From assembly GCA_964202905.1 (NCBI GenBank), contig CAXNJO010000002.1, forward strand, positions 352,001-416,000: a DNA stretch of 64,000 bases, given 5' to 3'. Each line of letters opens with the position of its first letter. Position 1 is the stretch's first letter. The notes below the pieces were generated by a model. That model made no database searches and had not been told where the DNA came from. It saw only the letters and a list, made by a program, of their open reading frames with translations. Position numbers and translations under genes: made by a program. Positions 9,931-20,219 of this stretch are shown here, one piece after another. This DNA is from Polyangiales bacterium (lineage in GTDB: Bacteria > Myxococcota_A > Polyangia > Polyangiales > JADJQN01).

Positions 9931-12471
9931 GTGAAGATCCAACACGCCGTCCCCCTGCTCGTCCTGTCGGGCGCCGTCATGGCGGCCGGCCTCGGAGTCG
10001 CGAGCGCGCAGGACCCGCCGCAGCTGCAGGAGCGGCCGCGCATCGAGGTCACGCCGCCGCGCATCCGTCAGGGCCTGCCGCTGCAGAACGCGCCCCAACT
10101 CCCGCAGCCCTCTCTGGGCGACTCGGGCGGCGGCGGTGGCCCCGCGGCCCCCATCCAGCCCTTCGTGACGGGGATCGACTACGAGCCGATCCCGCCGGGC
10201 GCGCGCGTGACCTTCAACCTCGAGGACGCGGACCTGCCGGATCTCGTCCGCCTCATCTCGAGCATCACGGGCAAGCGCTTCATCCTCCCGGGCAAGGTCC
10301 GCAGCATCAAGGCGAGCGTCTACGCGCCGACGAAGGTGAGCGCGGCGGAGGCGTACCAGGCCTTCCTCTCGATCCTCGAGCTCAACGGGATGACGCTCGT
10401 CTCGGCGGGCCGCTACCTGAAGATCGTCGAGACCTCGGGCGTCGAGAACCTGCCCACCTCGCTATACGGCGTCGGCGAGGCGTCGCCCACCGACGACCGC
10501 TACGTGACGCGGATGCACCGCATCGAGAACGTCAGCTCGGAGGACGTCGCGACGCTGCTCGCGCGCTTCAAGTCGCGCGAGGGCAACGTCACCGCGTACG
10601 CGCCGACCAACACGATCATCATGACGGACATGGGCTCGAACATCCGCCGCATGCTGCGGATCGTCGAGGCGATCGACGTGCCGCGCAGCGGCGAGCAGGT
10701 GTGGGTCGAGCCCATCCACTACGCGAACGCGAGCGAGCTCGCGGAGCGGCTCAACGAGATCTTCCCGCCGACGACGCCGGGCTCGGGCGGCGCCGCGGCC
10801 CCGCGCGCGGCCCCGGCCGCCGCATCCCCCGGCGCCCCCGCGGGCGGCCCTGCGACGGTGGGCTCGCGCGCCGGCGAGGTGCGCATCACGAAGGTCCTGC
10901 CCGACGAGCGCACGAACTCGCTCATCATCGTCGCGACCGAGCGCGCCTACGTGCGCATCCTCGAGATGGTCCGCGCGCTCGACGTCGCGCTCGAGGGCGA
11001 GGGTCGCATCCACGTGCACTACGTGCAGCACGGCGACGCGGACGACATCGCGTCGACGCTGACGAGCATCGTCGGCGGCGGTGCAGCGGGCGGTGCGGGC
11101 GCGGCCGCAGCGGGTGGCGCCGGGCCACGTGCGGGCGGCGGCAGCCCGTTCGAGGGGCAGGTGCGGATCACCGCGCACAAGCCCACGAACTCCCTCGTCA
11201 TCACGTCGTCGCTCCACGACTACTCCGCGCTGCGCAGCGTGATCGGGCGTCTCGACGTCGAGCGCCGGCAGGTGTTCATCGAGGCCGTGATCATGGAGCT
11301 CTCCGTGCGGCGCTCGTCGAAGCTGGGCCTGAGCTTCCACGGCGGCGTGCCGGGCTTCCCCGCAGACGACTCGCTCTCCATCTTCGGCTTCAACGCGGGC
11401 ACCTCGATCAGCACGGTCAGCGCCGACTCGCTGACCGGGCTCGCGCTCGGCGTGCGCGGCCCGCAGATCCCGTCGGAGCAGCTGCAGGGGATCGGCATCT
11501 CGCTGCCCGCGTTCGGCGTCGTGCTGAACGCCATCGCGAACAGCGGCGACGCCAACGTGCTCTCGACGCCGCACCTCATCGCGATGGACAACGAGGAGGC
11601 CGAGATCAACGTCGGCGAGAACCTCCCGCTGCAGCAGTCGGGGCTCGGCGGTCTCGCGGGGCTCGCGGGCGCGGCCGGCGCGCAGGGCGGCCTCGGGGCG
11701 CTCGGCGGGCTCGGTGGGCTCGGTGGGCTCGGCGCGCTCGGCGGCGCGGTGCCCCGCCAGGACGTCGGCACCAAGATCACGATCACCCCGCACATCAACG
11801 AGGCCGACGAGATCCGCCTCGAGATCTCCGAGGAGATCAGCGAGCGCGGCGCGGTCGAGGGCGCGCTGCAGGTCGTCTCGATCACGAAGCGCAACGCGAA
11901 GACGCAGGTCGTCGTGCGCGATCAGCAGACGGTCGTCATCGGCGGCCTGATGCGCGACACGGTCAACACGTCCGAGACGAAGGTGCCGATCCTCGGGGAC
12001 ATCCCGCTCATCGGCGTGCTCTTCCGGAACACCACGCGGCAGACGCAGAAGACGAACCTCCTGCTCTTCCTCACGCCCTACATCATCCGGAATCAGGGGG
12101 ATCTGCGCGCGATCTTCGAGCGCAAGATGCGCGAGCGGCAAGAGTTCATCGATCGCTTCTTCGTGTTCGGCGATCAGGACTACGAGCCGCCCCGCGATTA
12201 CTCACGCACGCGCGGGATGCTGGGCGAGATCCTCAACGAGCTGGACACGCTCGAGGCCGAGCGGCGCCTGCTCGAAGAGGCCGCCGGGCGCCCGCCCCCG
12301 GAGCACGTCGTGCGCCCCGCGATCGGCGCGGCGCCCACGGAGAGCGGGGTGTCGCCGGGCGACACCGTGTTCTCGCCGGACGGCACGACCGAGATCGTCC
12401 CGCAGGCGGCCCCGGCCGGCCTGATGCCGACGCCATCGGGCGACGCGCGCGGGGACATCCCGCCGCAGTGA
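9931..12471 (+). CDS. gspD: Type II secretion secretin D
   Basis: Signal peptide, N0 domain (FNLEDADL), repeated N domains (TNSLII), secretin domain (NVLSTPHL, KVPILGDIPLIGVLFR, LLLFLTPYII). Confidence 0.95.
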   Translation: MKIQHAVPLLVLSGAVMAAGLGVASAQDPPQLQERPRIEVTPPRIRQGLPLQNAPQLPQPSLGDSGGGGGPAAPIQPFVTGIDYEPIPPGARVTFNLEDADLPDLVRLISSITGKRFILPGKVRSIKASVYAPTKVSAAEAYQAFLSILELNGMTLVSAGRYLKIVETSGVENLPTSLYGVGEASPTDDRYVTRMHRIENVSSEDVATLLARFKSREGNVTAYAPTNTIIMTDMGSNIRRMLRIVEAIDVPRSGEQVWVEPIHYANASELAERLNEIFPPTTPGSGGAAAPRAAPAAASPGAPAGGPATVGSRAGEVRITKVLPDERTNSLIIVATERAYVRILEMVRALDVALEGEGRIHVHYVQHGDADDIASTLTSIVGGGAAGGAGAAAAGGAGPRAGGGSPFEGQVRITAHKPTNSLVITSSLHDYSALRSVIGRLDVERRQVFIEAVIMELSVRRSSKLGLSFHGGVPGFPADDSLSIFGFNAGTSISTVSADSLTGLALGVRGPQIPSEQLQGIGISLPAFGVVLNAIANSGDANVLSTPHLIAMDNEEAEINVGENLPLQQSGLGGLAGLAGAAGAQGGLGALGGLGGLGGLGALGGAVPRQDVGTKITITPHINEADEIRLEISEEISERGAVEGALQVVSITKRNAKTQVVVRDQQTVVIGGLMRDTVNTSETKVPILGDIPLIGVLFRNTTRQTQKTNLLLFLTPYIIRNQGDLRAIFERKMRERQEFIDRFFVFGDQDYEPPRDYSRTRGMLGEILNELDTLEAERRLLEEAAGRPPPEHVVRPAIGAAPTESGVSPGDTVFSPDGTTEIVPQAAPAGLMPTPSGDARGDIPPQ

Positions 12472-12491
12472 GCGAGGGAGCGCGAGGGACC

Positions 12492-14438
12492 ATGGAGCAG
12501 CGGTACGTCGGTGAGATCCTGGTGCGTCGCGGCGCGCTCACGCCCGAAGGGCTCGAGCAGGCGCTCGGCGTCGCACGCGAGAAGAGCTCGCGGCTCACCG
12601 ACGTCCTGCTCGCGACGCGCGTCGTCGACGAGGCGCAGCTGGTGCGGGCGCTGGCCGAGGAGGTCGGCCTCGCCTTCCGCGAGAAGATCGAGACGTCGGG
12701 CGTCTCGGCGGAGTTGCTCGAGCGCATCCCGATCGCCTTCGCGCGGCAGAACCGCATCGTGCCGCTCGGCGAGCGCGACGGGCACGTCGAAGTGGCCGTC
12801 GCCGACCCGCTCAACCCCTTCCCCATCGACGATCTGCGCACGCTGCTCGGCCGCGCGATCGAGCCGATCGCGGCGCCCGGGGAGGCGATCGACGACGCGA
12901 TCAACCGCCTCTACGAGCGCAAGGACGAGAACGCGCTCGCCGACGGCAAGGAAGGCGACGACGTCGAGGAGCTTCAAGACCTCATCGACATGACGGATGA
13001 GGCCCCCGTCATCCGGTGGGTCAACAACCTCTTCTACAACGCCGTCCGCGACCGCGCGTCCGACATCCACATCGAGCCGGGCGACAAGGAAGTCCTCGTC
13101 CGCTACCGCATCGACGGCGACCTCTACCCGACGAAGACCGCACACAAGGGCTTTCTCCCGTCGATCGTCGCGCGCGTGAAGATCGAGGCCGGCCTGAACA
13201 TCGCCGAGAAGCGCCTCCCGCAGGACGGCCGCATCACGAAGAAGATCCAGGGCCGCCTCATCGACGTCCGCGTGAGCACCATCCCCACGTCGCGTGGCGA
13301 GCGCATCGTCATGCGCCTCCTCGACAAGGAGAAGGTCCTCCTCGACCTGACGGATCTCGGCTTCGACCCGGATCAGCTCCAGACGATGGAGCACTTCATC
13401 ACGCGGCCGAACGGCATCGTGCTCGTCACGGGCCCGACCGGCTCCGGCAAGACGACCACGCTCTACGCCTGCCTCAACAAGATCAACAAGCCCGACCTCA
13501 ACATCCTCACCGTCGAAGACCCGGTCGAGTACGAGCTCGCGGGCGTCGGGCAGATGCAGATCCACCCGAAGATCGGGCTCACCTTCGCGAGCGGTTTGCG
13601 CGCGTTCCTGCGCCAGGACCCGGACGTGATCATGGTCGGCGAGATCCGCGACAAGGAGACCGCCGACATCGCGATCAACGCGTCGCTCACGGGTCACCTC
13701 GTTCTCTCGACGTTGCACACCAACGACGCGGCCGGCGCGGTGACGCGCCTCGTCGACATGGACGTGCAGCCCTTCCTGATCGCCTCGTCACTGCTCGCCG
13801 TGCTCGCGCAGCGGCTCGTGCGCCGGCTCTGCCCGCACTGCCGCCAGCCCTACGAGCCGAGCGAGGCCGACCTCGAGTCGCTCGGGCTCGATCTCGCGGG
13901 CGCGCGTCGCATCCTCGACGGCCCGCCGCGCCCGGCCGCGCGTCCCGGCGCAAGCGGTGTTTCGTCGGTCGCGGAGCGCCCGGCCGCGGACCGTGACGGG
14001 GACGAGCTCGCGGCAGAGCCGACGCGCGTGCAGGGGCCGCCGCCCGTGCCCGCGGACGTCCTCGCGCGCCTGACACCGGAGCAGCGCGCGGTCATCGACT
14101 CGGCGCACACGCGACTCCGCGACGGCGACGCCAAGATCCGCACGCAGCTGGGCCTCGGCGCCGCGCCGCATCGCCCGGTGTTCTACCGCGCGGTGGGCTG
14201 CTCCGAGTGCGCGGGCACCGGCTACCGCGGGCGCCTCGGGATCTACGAGCTCTTGCAGGTCGACGAGCCGATTCGCCGCGCGATCCTCGACAACGCCGAC
14301 TCGAACACGATCTCGCGCATCGCGACGCAGCGCGGGATGCGCTCGCTCCGCGAGGACGGCGCGCGGCAGGTGCTCGCGGGGCGCACCTCGCTCGAGGACG
14401 TGCTCGCCGCGACGCAGGCCGGGGAGATGGAGGCGTAG
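12492..14438 (+). CDS. gspE: Type II secretion ATPase E
   Basis: ASDIHIEP, RLPQDG, GPTGSGKTTT, TVEDPVE, LRQDPDVIMVGEIRD, TGHLVLSTLHTN, CPHC...CSEC. Confidence 0.95.
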   Translation: MEQRYVGEILVRRGALTPEGLEQALGVAREKSSRLTDVLLATRVVDEAQLVRALAEEVGLAFREKIETSGVSAELLERIPIAFARQNRIVPLGERDGHVEVAVADPLNPFPIDDLRTLLGRAIEPIAAPGEAIDDAINRLYERKDENALADGKEGDDVEELQDLIDMTDEAPVIRWVNNLFYNAVRDRASDIHIEPGDKEVLVRYRIDGDLYPTKTAHKGFLPSIVARVKIEAGLNIAEKRLPQDGRITKKIQGRLIDVRVSTIPTSRGERIVMRLLDKEKVLLDLTDLGFDPDQLQTMEHFITRPNGIVLVTGPTGSGKTTTLYACLNKINKPDLNILTVEDPVEYELAGVGQMQIHPKIGLTFASGLRAFLRQDPDVIMVGEIRDKETADIAINASLTGHLVLSTLHTNDAAGAVTRLVDMDVQPFLIASSLLAVLAQRLVRRLCPHCRQPYEPSEADLESLGLDLAGARRILDGPPRPAARPGASGVSSVAERPAADRDGDELAAEPTRVQGPPPVPADVLARLTPEQRAVIDSAHTRLRDGDAKIRTQLGLGAAPHRPVFYRAVGCSECAGTGYRGRLGIYELLQVDEPIRRAILDNADSNTISRIATQRGMRSLREDGARQVLAGRTSLEDVLAATQAGEMEA

Positions 14439-14439
14439 C

Positions 14440-15663
14440 GTGGCTGTCTTCGCGTACCGCGGCGTCGATGCCGCCGGCAAGAAGGTCGCCGGAGTGCGGG
14501 ACGCGGAGAACGCGAAGGCGTTGCGCCTCGTGCTGCGCAAGGACGGCGTCCTCGTCACCGAGGTGCTCGAGGAGTCGCAGGCGCGCAAGAAGAGCGCGCG
14601 CGAGATCGACCTCAAGAAGATGCTCCGGCGCGTCTCGACGCTCGACGTCGCGGTCGCGACGCGGCAGCTCGCGACGCTGCTGAAGAGCGGCATCCCGCTC
14701 GTCGAGGGGCTGACGGCGCTCATCGACCAGCTCGAGCAGCCCGAGCTGAAGCTCGCGCTCACGCAGATCCGCGACCGCGTCAACGAGGGCACGAGCCTGC
14801 ACGAGGCGATGCGCGCGCACCCGAAGTACTTCACGCCGCTCTACGTGAACATGGTCACGGCGGGCGAGTCCTCGGGCACGCTCGACGCCGTCCTGCAGCG
14901 GCTCGCGGAGTTTCTCGAGGCCCAGGCGAAGCTCTCGAACAAGGTGCTCGGCGCGCTCGCCTACCCCATGTTCATGGTCGTGATGGGGATGGGCGTCGTC
15001 GCCGTGATGATGGTCGCGGTCGTGCCGAAGGTGACCAGCATCTTCGAGAACTTCCAGCAGGCGCTGCCCTGGTACACGCGGCTGCTGATCTTCACGAGCG
15101 AGGTCTTCACCGGGTACTGGTGGCTGCTGCTCCTCGCGATCGGCGCGAGCATCGCGGGGTTCCGTCGCTGGGTCGCGACGCCCGACGGCCGCCGCCGCTG
15201 GGACCTCTTCGTGCTGCGCGTGCCCATCTTCGGACGCCTCACGCTGATGGTCGCGGTCTCTCGCTTCGCGCGGACGCTCTCGACGCTTCTCCGCAGCGGC
15301 GTGCCGCTGCTCGGCGCGCTCGAGATCACGCGCAACGTCCTCGGCAACACCGAGCTGATGCGCGTGATCGAGGAGGCGCGGGTGTCGATCCGCGAGGGCG
15401 AGAGCATCGCCGGACCGCTCAAGCGCTCGGGGCGCTTCCCGCCGATCGTCACGCACATGATCGCGATCGGCGAGCGCTCGGGCCAGCTCGAGGAGATGCT
15501 CGAGAACGTCGCGTCCGCCTACGACAACCAGGTGGACGCGCAGATCGGGGTGATGACCTCGCTGCTCGAGCCGATCATGATCCTCCTCGTCGGCGGGATG
15601 TCGGGCGGGATCGCCTTCGCCATCCTGATCCCGCTGATGCAGATCAACGAGTTCGTGCAGTGA
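14440..15663 (+). CDS. gspF: Type II secretion platform protein F
   Basis: TRQLATLLKSGIPL, GESSGTL, ALAYP, GERSGQL, LLEP; two T2SSF domains. Confidence 0.95.
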   Translation: MAVFAYRGVDAAGKKVAGVRDAENAKALRLVLRKDGVLVTEVLEESQARKKSAREIDLKKMLRRVSTLDVAVATRQLATLLKSGIPLVEGLTALIDQLEQPELKLALTQIRDRVNEGTSLHEAMRAHPKYFTPLYVNMVTAGESSGTLDAVLQRLAEFLEAQAKLSNKVLGALAYPMFMVVMGMGVVAVMMVAVVPKVTSIFENFQQALPWYTRLLIFTSEVFTGYWWLLLLAIGASIAGFRRWVATPDGRRRWDLFVLRVPIFGRLTLMVAVSRFARTLSTLLRSGVPLLGALEITRNVLGNTELMRVIEEARVSIREGESIAGPLKRSGRFPPIVTHMIAIGERSGQLEEMLENVASAYDNQVDAQIGVMTSLLEPIMILLVGGMSGGIAFAILIPLMQINEFVQ

Positions 15664-15735
15664 CGGCGGCGCGACGGCACGACGCGTCCGAGTGGAACCC
15701 GGCGGGCGCACGCGGGGCGCGAGCGGAGGAAGTCT

Positions 15736-16164
15736 GTGGCGAAGGCGAGACGGACACGGCGCGGGATCTCCCTGCCTTGGGAGCGGCGCAGCGCGTGGAT
15801 CGGTCAGCTGTTCACGCGGCGGCGCTTCGGGGGCGTCGTGGGCGTCGCGCTCGCCGTCGCGGCGGTGCTCGGGCTGTGGCGGACGGCGGACGACCGCGCC
15901 CGCATCCGCGCGACGCGCGCGGCCATCGCGGTCGTGCGGCGCGGGGCCGCCGACTTCCGCGAGGATCTCGGCCGCTGCCCGCGGTCGACCGTCGAGTTGG
16001 TGCACCCGCCGCGGACGGGCGTGCGCTACCTCGCGGAGCTGCCCGTCGACGGGTGGGGGCGGCCCCTCTACGTGCGCTGTCCCGGGGAGTCGGACCCGGA
16101 GGCCATCGACGTCGTCTCGGCCGGGCCGAGCGGCGACTTCTTCATGGACGACAACGTGGAATGA
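15736..16164 (+). CDS. GspG-like pseudopilin-domain protein lacking a canonical prepilin motif
   Basis: One TM, then DLGRCP...LPVDGWGRP...VVSAGPSG...DD resembling the GspG C-terminal domain; GGAGG SD; ATGA overlap with the next ORF. Confidence 0.7.
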   Translation: MAKARRTRRGISLPWERRSAWIGQLFTRRRFGGVVGVALAVAAVLGLWRTADDRARIRATRAAIAVVRRGAADFREDLGRCPRSTVELVHPPRTGVRYLAELPVDGWGRPLYVRCPGESDPEAIDVVSAGPSGDFFMDDNVE

Positions 16165-16214
16165 ACATGGCGAACCCAGGCGTCGGATCGACGGCGCAAC
16201 GCGCGGAGGGCGAG

Positions 16215-16634
16215 ATGAACCACCATTCAGTCGGGACGGGTCGGGGACGAACGGAGCGGATGGCGCGGCGGGCTGCGCGCCGCTCGCTCGAGGGCATGAC
16301 GCTCGTCGAGATCATGGTCGTCGTGATCATCATGGCGCTCATCGCCACGGCGGTGGGTGTCGCCGTGCTGCCGCAGCTCGAGAAGGCGCGCGTGAAGACG
16401 GCGAAGAGCGACGCCTCCGCGATCAGCTCGGCGGCGACCATCTGGCTCACGGACCACCCGGGCGAGTGCCCGACGGTCGCCGACCTGCGCGAGAGCGGCG
16501 AGCTCGCGCGCAACAAGGAGGCAAAGGACCCGTGGGACGGCGAATACACCATCGAGTGCGATAGCACCGACGTCACGGTGAAGTCGGCCGGTCCGGACAA
16601 GCAGGCCGGCACCGAGGACGACATCTCGGGCTGA
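16215..16634 (+). CDS. gspG: Major pseudopilin G (alternative starts 16161, 16167, 16260)
   Basis: G|MTLVEIMVVVIIM class III signal; KDPWDGEY; SAGPDKQAGTEDD. Confidence 0.88.
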   Translation: MNHHSVGTGRGRTERMARRAARRSLEGMTLVEIMVVVIIMALIATAVGVAVLPQLEKARVKTAKSDASAISSAATIWLTDHPGECPTVADLRESGELARNKEAKDPWDGEYTIECDSTDVTVKSAGPDKQAGTEDDISG

Positions 16635-16650
16635 GCCCGCGCCCCTCGCC

Positions 16651-17379
16651 ATGCACGCCCCCAACCGCCGATCCCGCGAGGGCATGACCCTCATCGAGAT
16701 CATGGTCGCGATCGTCATCGTGGCCGTGGTCTCGACGGGCGTGACGTACGGGATGGGGCTGCTGATGCGCACGAGCCTGCGCTCGGCGTGCATGAAGATC
16801 CTCGCGGCCTCGCGCTTCGCGTACACGCGCAGCGTCTCGCACGGCGCGACGGTGCGCGTCGTGCTCGACCTCGATCAGGGCACGCTCGCGATCGAGGAAG
16901 CGCACGGGCGCGTGGCCCTCGCCCGCTCGAGCGATCCGACGCGCGCCGCCGTCGAGGCGGGCCGCGAGGACGACGCGCCCGACGACGACGGCGCCGGCGT
17001 CGATCCGTGGGCCGCGGCGGAGGCGTCTCTCGCGAGGACGCAGCGACCCTCCTTCGGCGCGTCGCCGTTCGCCCCGATCGCGAACGACGAGGGCGAGACG
17101 ATCGAGCGCTACGCGCCGCACCCGCTCGGCCGCGGCATCCGCCTGCGCCGGCTCACCGTGCCGCACGAGCCGGAGCCGCGCGAGCACGGACGTGGCGCGG
17201 TCTACTACTTCCCGGGTGGCCGCACCGAGCACGCGCTCGTGCAGGTCACGGACGGCCGCGAAGACGTCTACACGGTCGAGATCCACGCGCTCACGGGCCG
17301 CGGCTCGGTGTACACGCGCGCCTTCGAGCCACGCGAGCCCGACGACGAGGGCACCGAGCGCTCGGAGGTCGACGAATGA
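16651..17379 (+). CDS. gspH: Minor pseudopilin H
   Basis: G|MTLIE signal; YYFPGG and VEIHALTG; position after gspG. Confidence 0.8.
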   Translation: MHAPNRRSREGMTLIEIMVAIVIVAVVSTGVTYGMGLLMRTSLRSACMKILAASRFAYTRSVSHGATVRVVLDLDQGTLAIEEAHGRVALARSSDPTRAAVEAGREDDAPDDDGAGVDPWAAAEASLARTQRPSFGASPFAPIANDEGETIERYAPHPLGRGIRLRRLTVPHEPEPREHGRGAVYYFPGGRTEHALVQVTDGREDVYTVEIHALTGRGSVYTRAFEPREPDDEGTERSEVDE

Positions 17380-18044
17380 CCCGCGGGGCACCGGTCGCGC
17401 GGCGCAGCGCGGGGTTCACGCTGCTCGAGGTGCTCGTCGCGGTGGCGATCCTCGGGGTCGCGCTCGCGTCGATCTTCTCGAGCGAGGCGGGCGCCATCAA
17501 GGTCGCGAACCGCGCGCGGCGCAGCGCGTACGCGACGGTGCTCGCGCGCTGCAAGCTCGGGGAGATCGAAGAAGACATCTTGAAAGATGGTCTACCGGCG
17601 ATCTCCGCCGAGGACACCGACGCGTGCTGCGAGGACGCGGAGATCGAGGGCTTCACGTGCGCGTGGTCGATCGGGCGCATCGTGCTGCCCGATCAGGTCG
17701 AGGAGGAGGGCGGCGTGCTCGAGGACGACGCCGCGTCGGGGGCCGGCGGGGGTGACCCGCTCGGCGGGCAGACGCTCGACTCGCTCATGTCGGGGGGCGG
17801 CGCGTCGATGGGCGGGCTCTCCGAGATGGCGATGTCGTACACGTACCCCGTCCTCAAATCGACCATCGAGGAGCAGGTCCGGCGCGTCACCGTCGAGGTC
17901 CGCTGGCAGGAGGGCGCGCGCACGCAGTCGTTCGAAGTCGTGCAGTACGTCGTCGCGGACGCGCCCATGGCCGCGGGCACGCAGGACGCGATCGATCAGG
18001 CGATCGGCGGCGCGCAGCCCGCCCCGCCCCCGGTGCGGCCATGA
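17376..18044 (+). CDS. gspI: Minor pseudopilin I
   Basis: ATGA overlap; G|FTLLEVLVAVAIL; RRVTVEVRW. Confidence 0.82.
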   Translation: MTRGAPVARRSAGFTLLEVLVAVAILGVALASIFSSEAGAIKVANRARRSAYATVLARCKLGEIEEDILKDGLPAISAEDTDACCEDAEIEGFTCAWSIGRIVLPDQVEEEGGVLEDDAASGAGGGDPLGGQTLDSLMSGGGASMGGLSEMAMSYTYPVLKSTIEEQVRRVTVEVRWQEGARTQSFEVVQYVVADAPMAAGTQDAIDQAIGGAQPAPPPVRP

Positions 18045-18811
18045 GGCACGCCGCTGCGACGGCCGGGGCCGCGAAGCACGGCGCCGAGACGCACGCCGCC
18101 GCGGGGCGCGGGGACACTGCGCGCGCGGCCCGGCGGGGCATGTCGCTCGTCGAGGTGCTGATCGCGGTGACGATCCTCGCGATCATCTCGACGCTCATCT
18201 ACTCGGGCTTCGTGCAGACGGCGCGCAACAAGGCGCGCGTCGAGTCGCAGACGGATCGCGCGCTCGAGGTCACGGGTGCGCTCGAGCGCATGGCGCGGGA
18301 GCTCCAGTCGGCCTTCGTGTCGGCGCAGCTCAACCCGAGCCCGAGCCTGCAGGTGATCCGCACGGCCTTCGTCGGGACGGATCGGGGTGGCCGCGATCGC
18401 TTGGATTTCACGTCGTTTTCGCACCAGCGGCTCTACCGCAACGCGAAGGAATCCGACCAGAACGAGCTCTCGTACTTCGTCACGCGCGACCCGGAGGACG
18501 CCGAGCGCCGCGTGCTCGTGCGGCGCGAGCAGGCGCGCATCGACGACGATCCGCTCAAGGGCGGCGCGCTGCAGGTCCTGCTCCGTGACGTCGACACGTT
18601 GGAGCTCGCGTACCTCGATCCGCTCACGGGCGAGTGGGTGCGCGGCTGGGACACGACGCAGGGCGCGGGGCAGCCGAACCGTCTCCCGGCGCAGGTGAAG
18701 ATCGTGATCGGCGTCGTCAGCCGCGAGGGGCGGCGCAAGGTCTCGAAGGTCGGCACGCGCGTGTCGCTGCCGATCCGCTACGGCGTCAACCACGCGGTGT
18801 ACACGCCATGA
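18041..18811 (+). CDS. gspJ: Minor pseudopilin J
   Basis: G|MSLVEVLIAV; MARELQSA; W..GW...LPAQVKI. Confidence 0.82.
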   Translation: MRHAAATAGAAKHGAETHAAAGRGDTARAARRGMSLVEVLIAVTILAIISTLIYSGFVQTARNKARVESQTDRALEVTGALERMARELQSAFVSAQLNPSPSLQVIRTAFVGTDRGGRDRLDFTSFSHQRLYRNAKESDQNELSYFVTRDPEDAERRVLVRREQARIDDDPLKGGALQVLLRDVDTLELAYLDPLTGEWVRGWDTTQGAGQPNRLPAQVKIVIGVVSREGRRKVSKVGTRVSLPIRYGVNHAVYTP

Positions 18812-20199
18812 CGCGGCGCGTGACTCCGGGCCCCGCGCCCCGCGCCGCGCGCGATCCGCGGCGCCGTGGCTCGGGCGACGCACGCGGCCGCGAGGGCATC
18901 GCGCTCGTCATCGCGATGACGGCCGTCGCCGTGCTCGGCGTGATGCTCGCGGACATGCACGAGAACACGAGCACCGCGTTCGTCGTCGCGACCAACCAGC
19001 GCGACACGCTGCGCGCGGAGTACCTCGCCCGCAGCTCCGTCGATCTCACGCGGATGCTCGTGATGCGCGAGCCGCAGATGCGCGCGACGGTCGCGCCCGT
19101 GTACCAGCTGCTCGTCGGGCGCCCGCCCCCGCAGCTGCCCGTGTGGACCTTCGCGGACGAGCTGCTCGCCCCGTTCTGCAACGCCGACGGGGCGAACGGC
19201 GGCCTCGACGCAGCGGGCATCGACTCGAGCGCGGTCGAGGGGCTCGGCAAGACGGGCGGCGCCTGCTCGGTCGTCGCCGTCGCCGAGAACAGCAAGACGA
19301 ACGTCAACGACCCACTGAACCTCGACGCGGACGCCGCGCGGCAGAGCATGGCGATGCAGGTCTTCGCGATGCTCGGCGGGTACCAGGCGCCGAGCCCGTA
19401 CGACCCGCTCTTCGAGAAGCGCGACGCCGAGGGGCAGTTCAACACGCGGCTCGACGTGATCTCCGCGCTCGCCGACTGGTGGGACCCGGACCAGGAGCGC
19501 ACGCAGTTCGATCCCGGCGCGTCGACGGTGACCTCGGGCGGCGGCGAGGACGAGATCTACCGGCGTTACCGCGATCCCTACGTGATCAAGAACGCGCCCT
19601 TCGACTCGCTCGAGGAAGTGCGCCTCGTGCGCGGCGTCTCGGACGATTTCTGGGCGACGTTCGTGCAGCCGGACCCGGACGACCTGCGCGCGGAGCGGCT
19701 CACCATCTACGGGTCGGGCGCGGTGAACCCGAACGAGGCGCCGCCGGAGGTCATGCTCGCGCGGCTCTGCTCGTTCCGCGGCTTGACGGATCAGCCGCTC
19801 TGCAGCGACCCGCTCGAGGCCGCGAAGTTCATCCAGCTCGTGCGCACGGTGCGCTCAATCTTCCCGGTGCCGTTCTTCACGCGCTCGGGCGACTTCCTCA
19901 ACTTCGTCGAAGGGCGCGGGGGCGCGCAGGACCTCTACCCGCTGCTGCTCGGCATGCTCGGCCCGCAGAACCCGCTGGTCTTCCGCCCCGTGACGATCCC
20001 GCCCGACGTGCGCGGCCCCGTCGACAACGCCTTCGTCACCGCCGCGCGCATCCTCACGATCCGCGGCGAGGGACGCGTGGGGCGCGCGCGCGTCCGGATC
20101 CGCACGGTCGCGAACTTCCACGATCGCTGGACTCCGCCTCCGCCGAACGCCGGCTCGATGCCCGCGCTCGGCATCTTCCACTACTACCGGATCGACTAG
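18808..20199 (+). CDS. gspK: Minor pseudopilin K
   Basis: ATGA overlap; G|IALVIAM without E5; ALADWWDPD, KNAPFDSLEEVRLVRG, VNPNEA. Confidence 0.88.
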   Translation: MTRRVTPGPAPRAARDPRRRGSGDARGREGIALVIAMTAVAVLGVMLADMHENTSTAFVVATNQRDTLRAEYLARSSVDLTRMLVMREPQMRATVAPVYQLLVGRPPPQLPVWTFADELLAPFCNADGANGGLDAAGIDSSAVEGLGKTGGACSVVAVAENSKTNVNDPLNLDADAARQSMAMQVFAMLGGYQAPSPYDPLFEKRDAEGQFNTRLDVISALADWWDPDQERTQFDPGASTVTSGGGEDEIYRRYRDPYVIKNAPFDSLEEVRLVRGVSDDFWATFVQPDPDDLRAERLTIYGSGAVNPNEAPPEVMLARLCSFRGLTDQPLCSDPLEAAKFIQLVRTVRSIFPVPFFTRSGDFLNFVEGRGGAQDLYPLLLGMLGPQNPLVFRPVTIPPDVRGPVDNAFVTAARILTIRGEGRVGRARVRIRTVANFHDRWTPPPPNAGSMPALGIFHYYRID

Positions 20200-20219
20200 G
20201 TCCGAGGAGACGCACGCAG

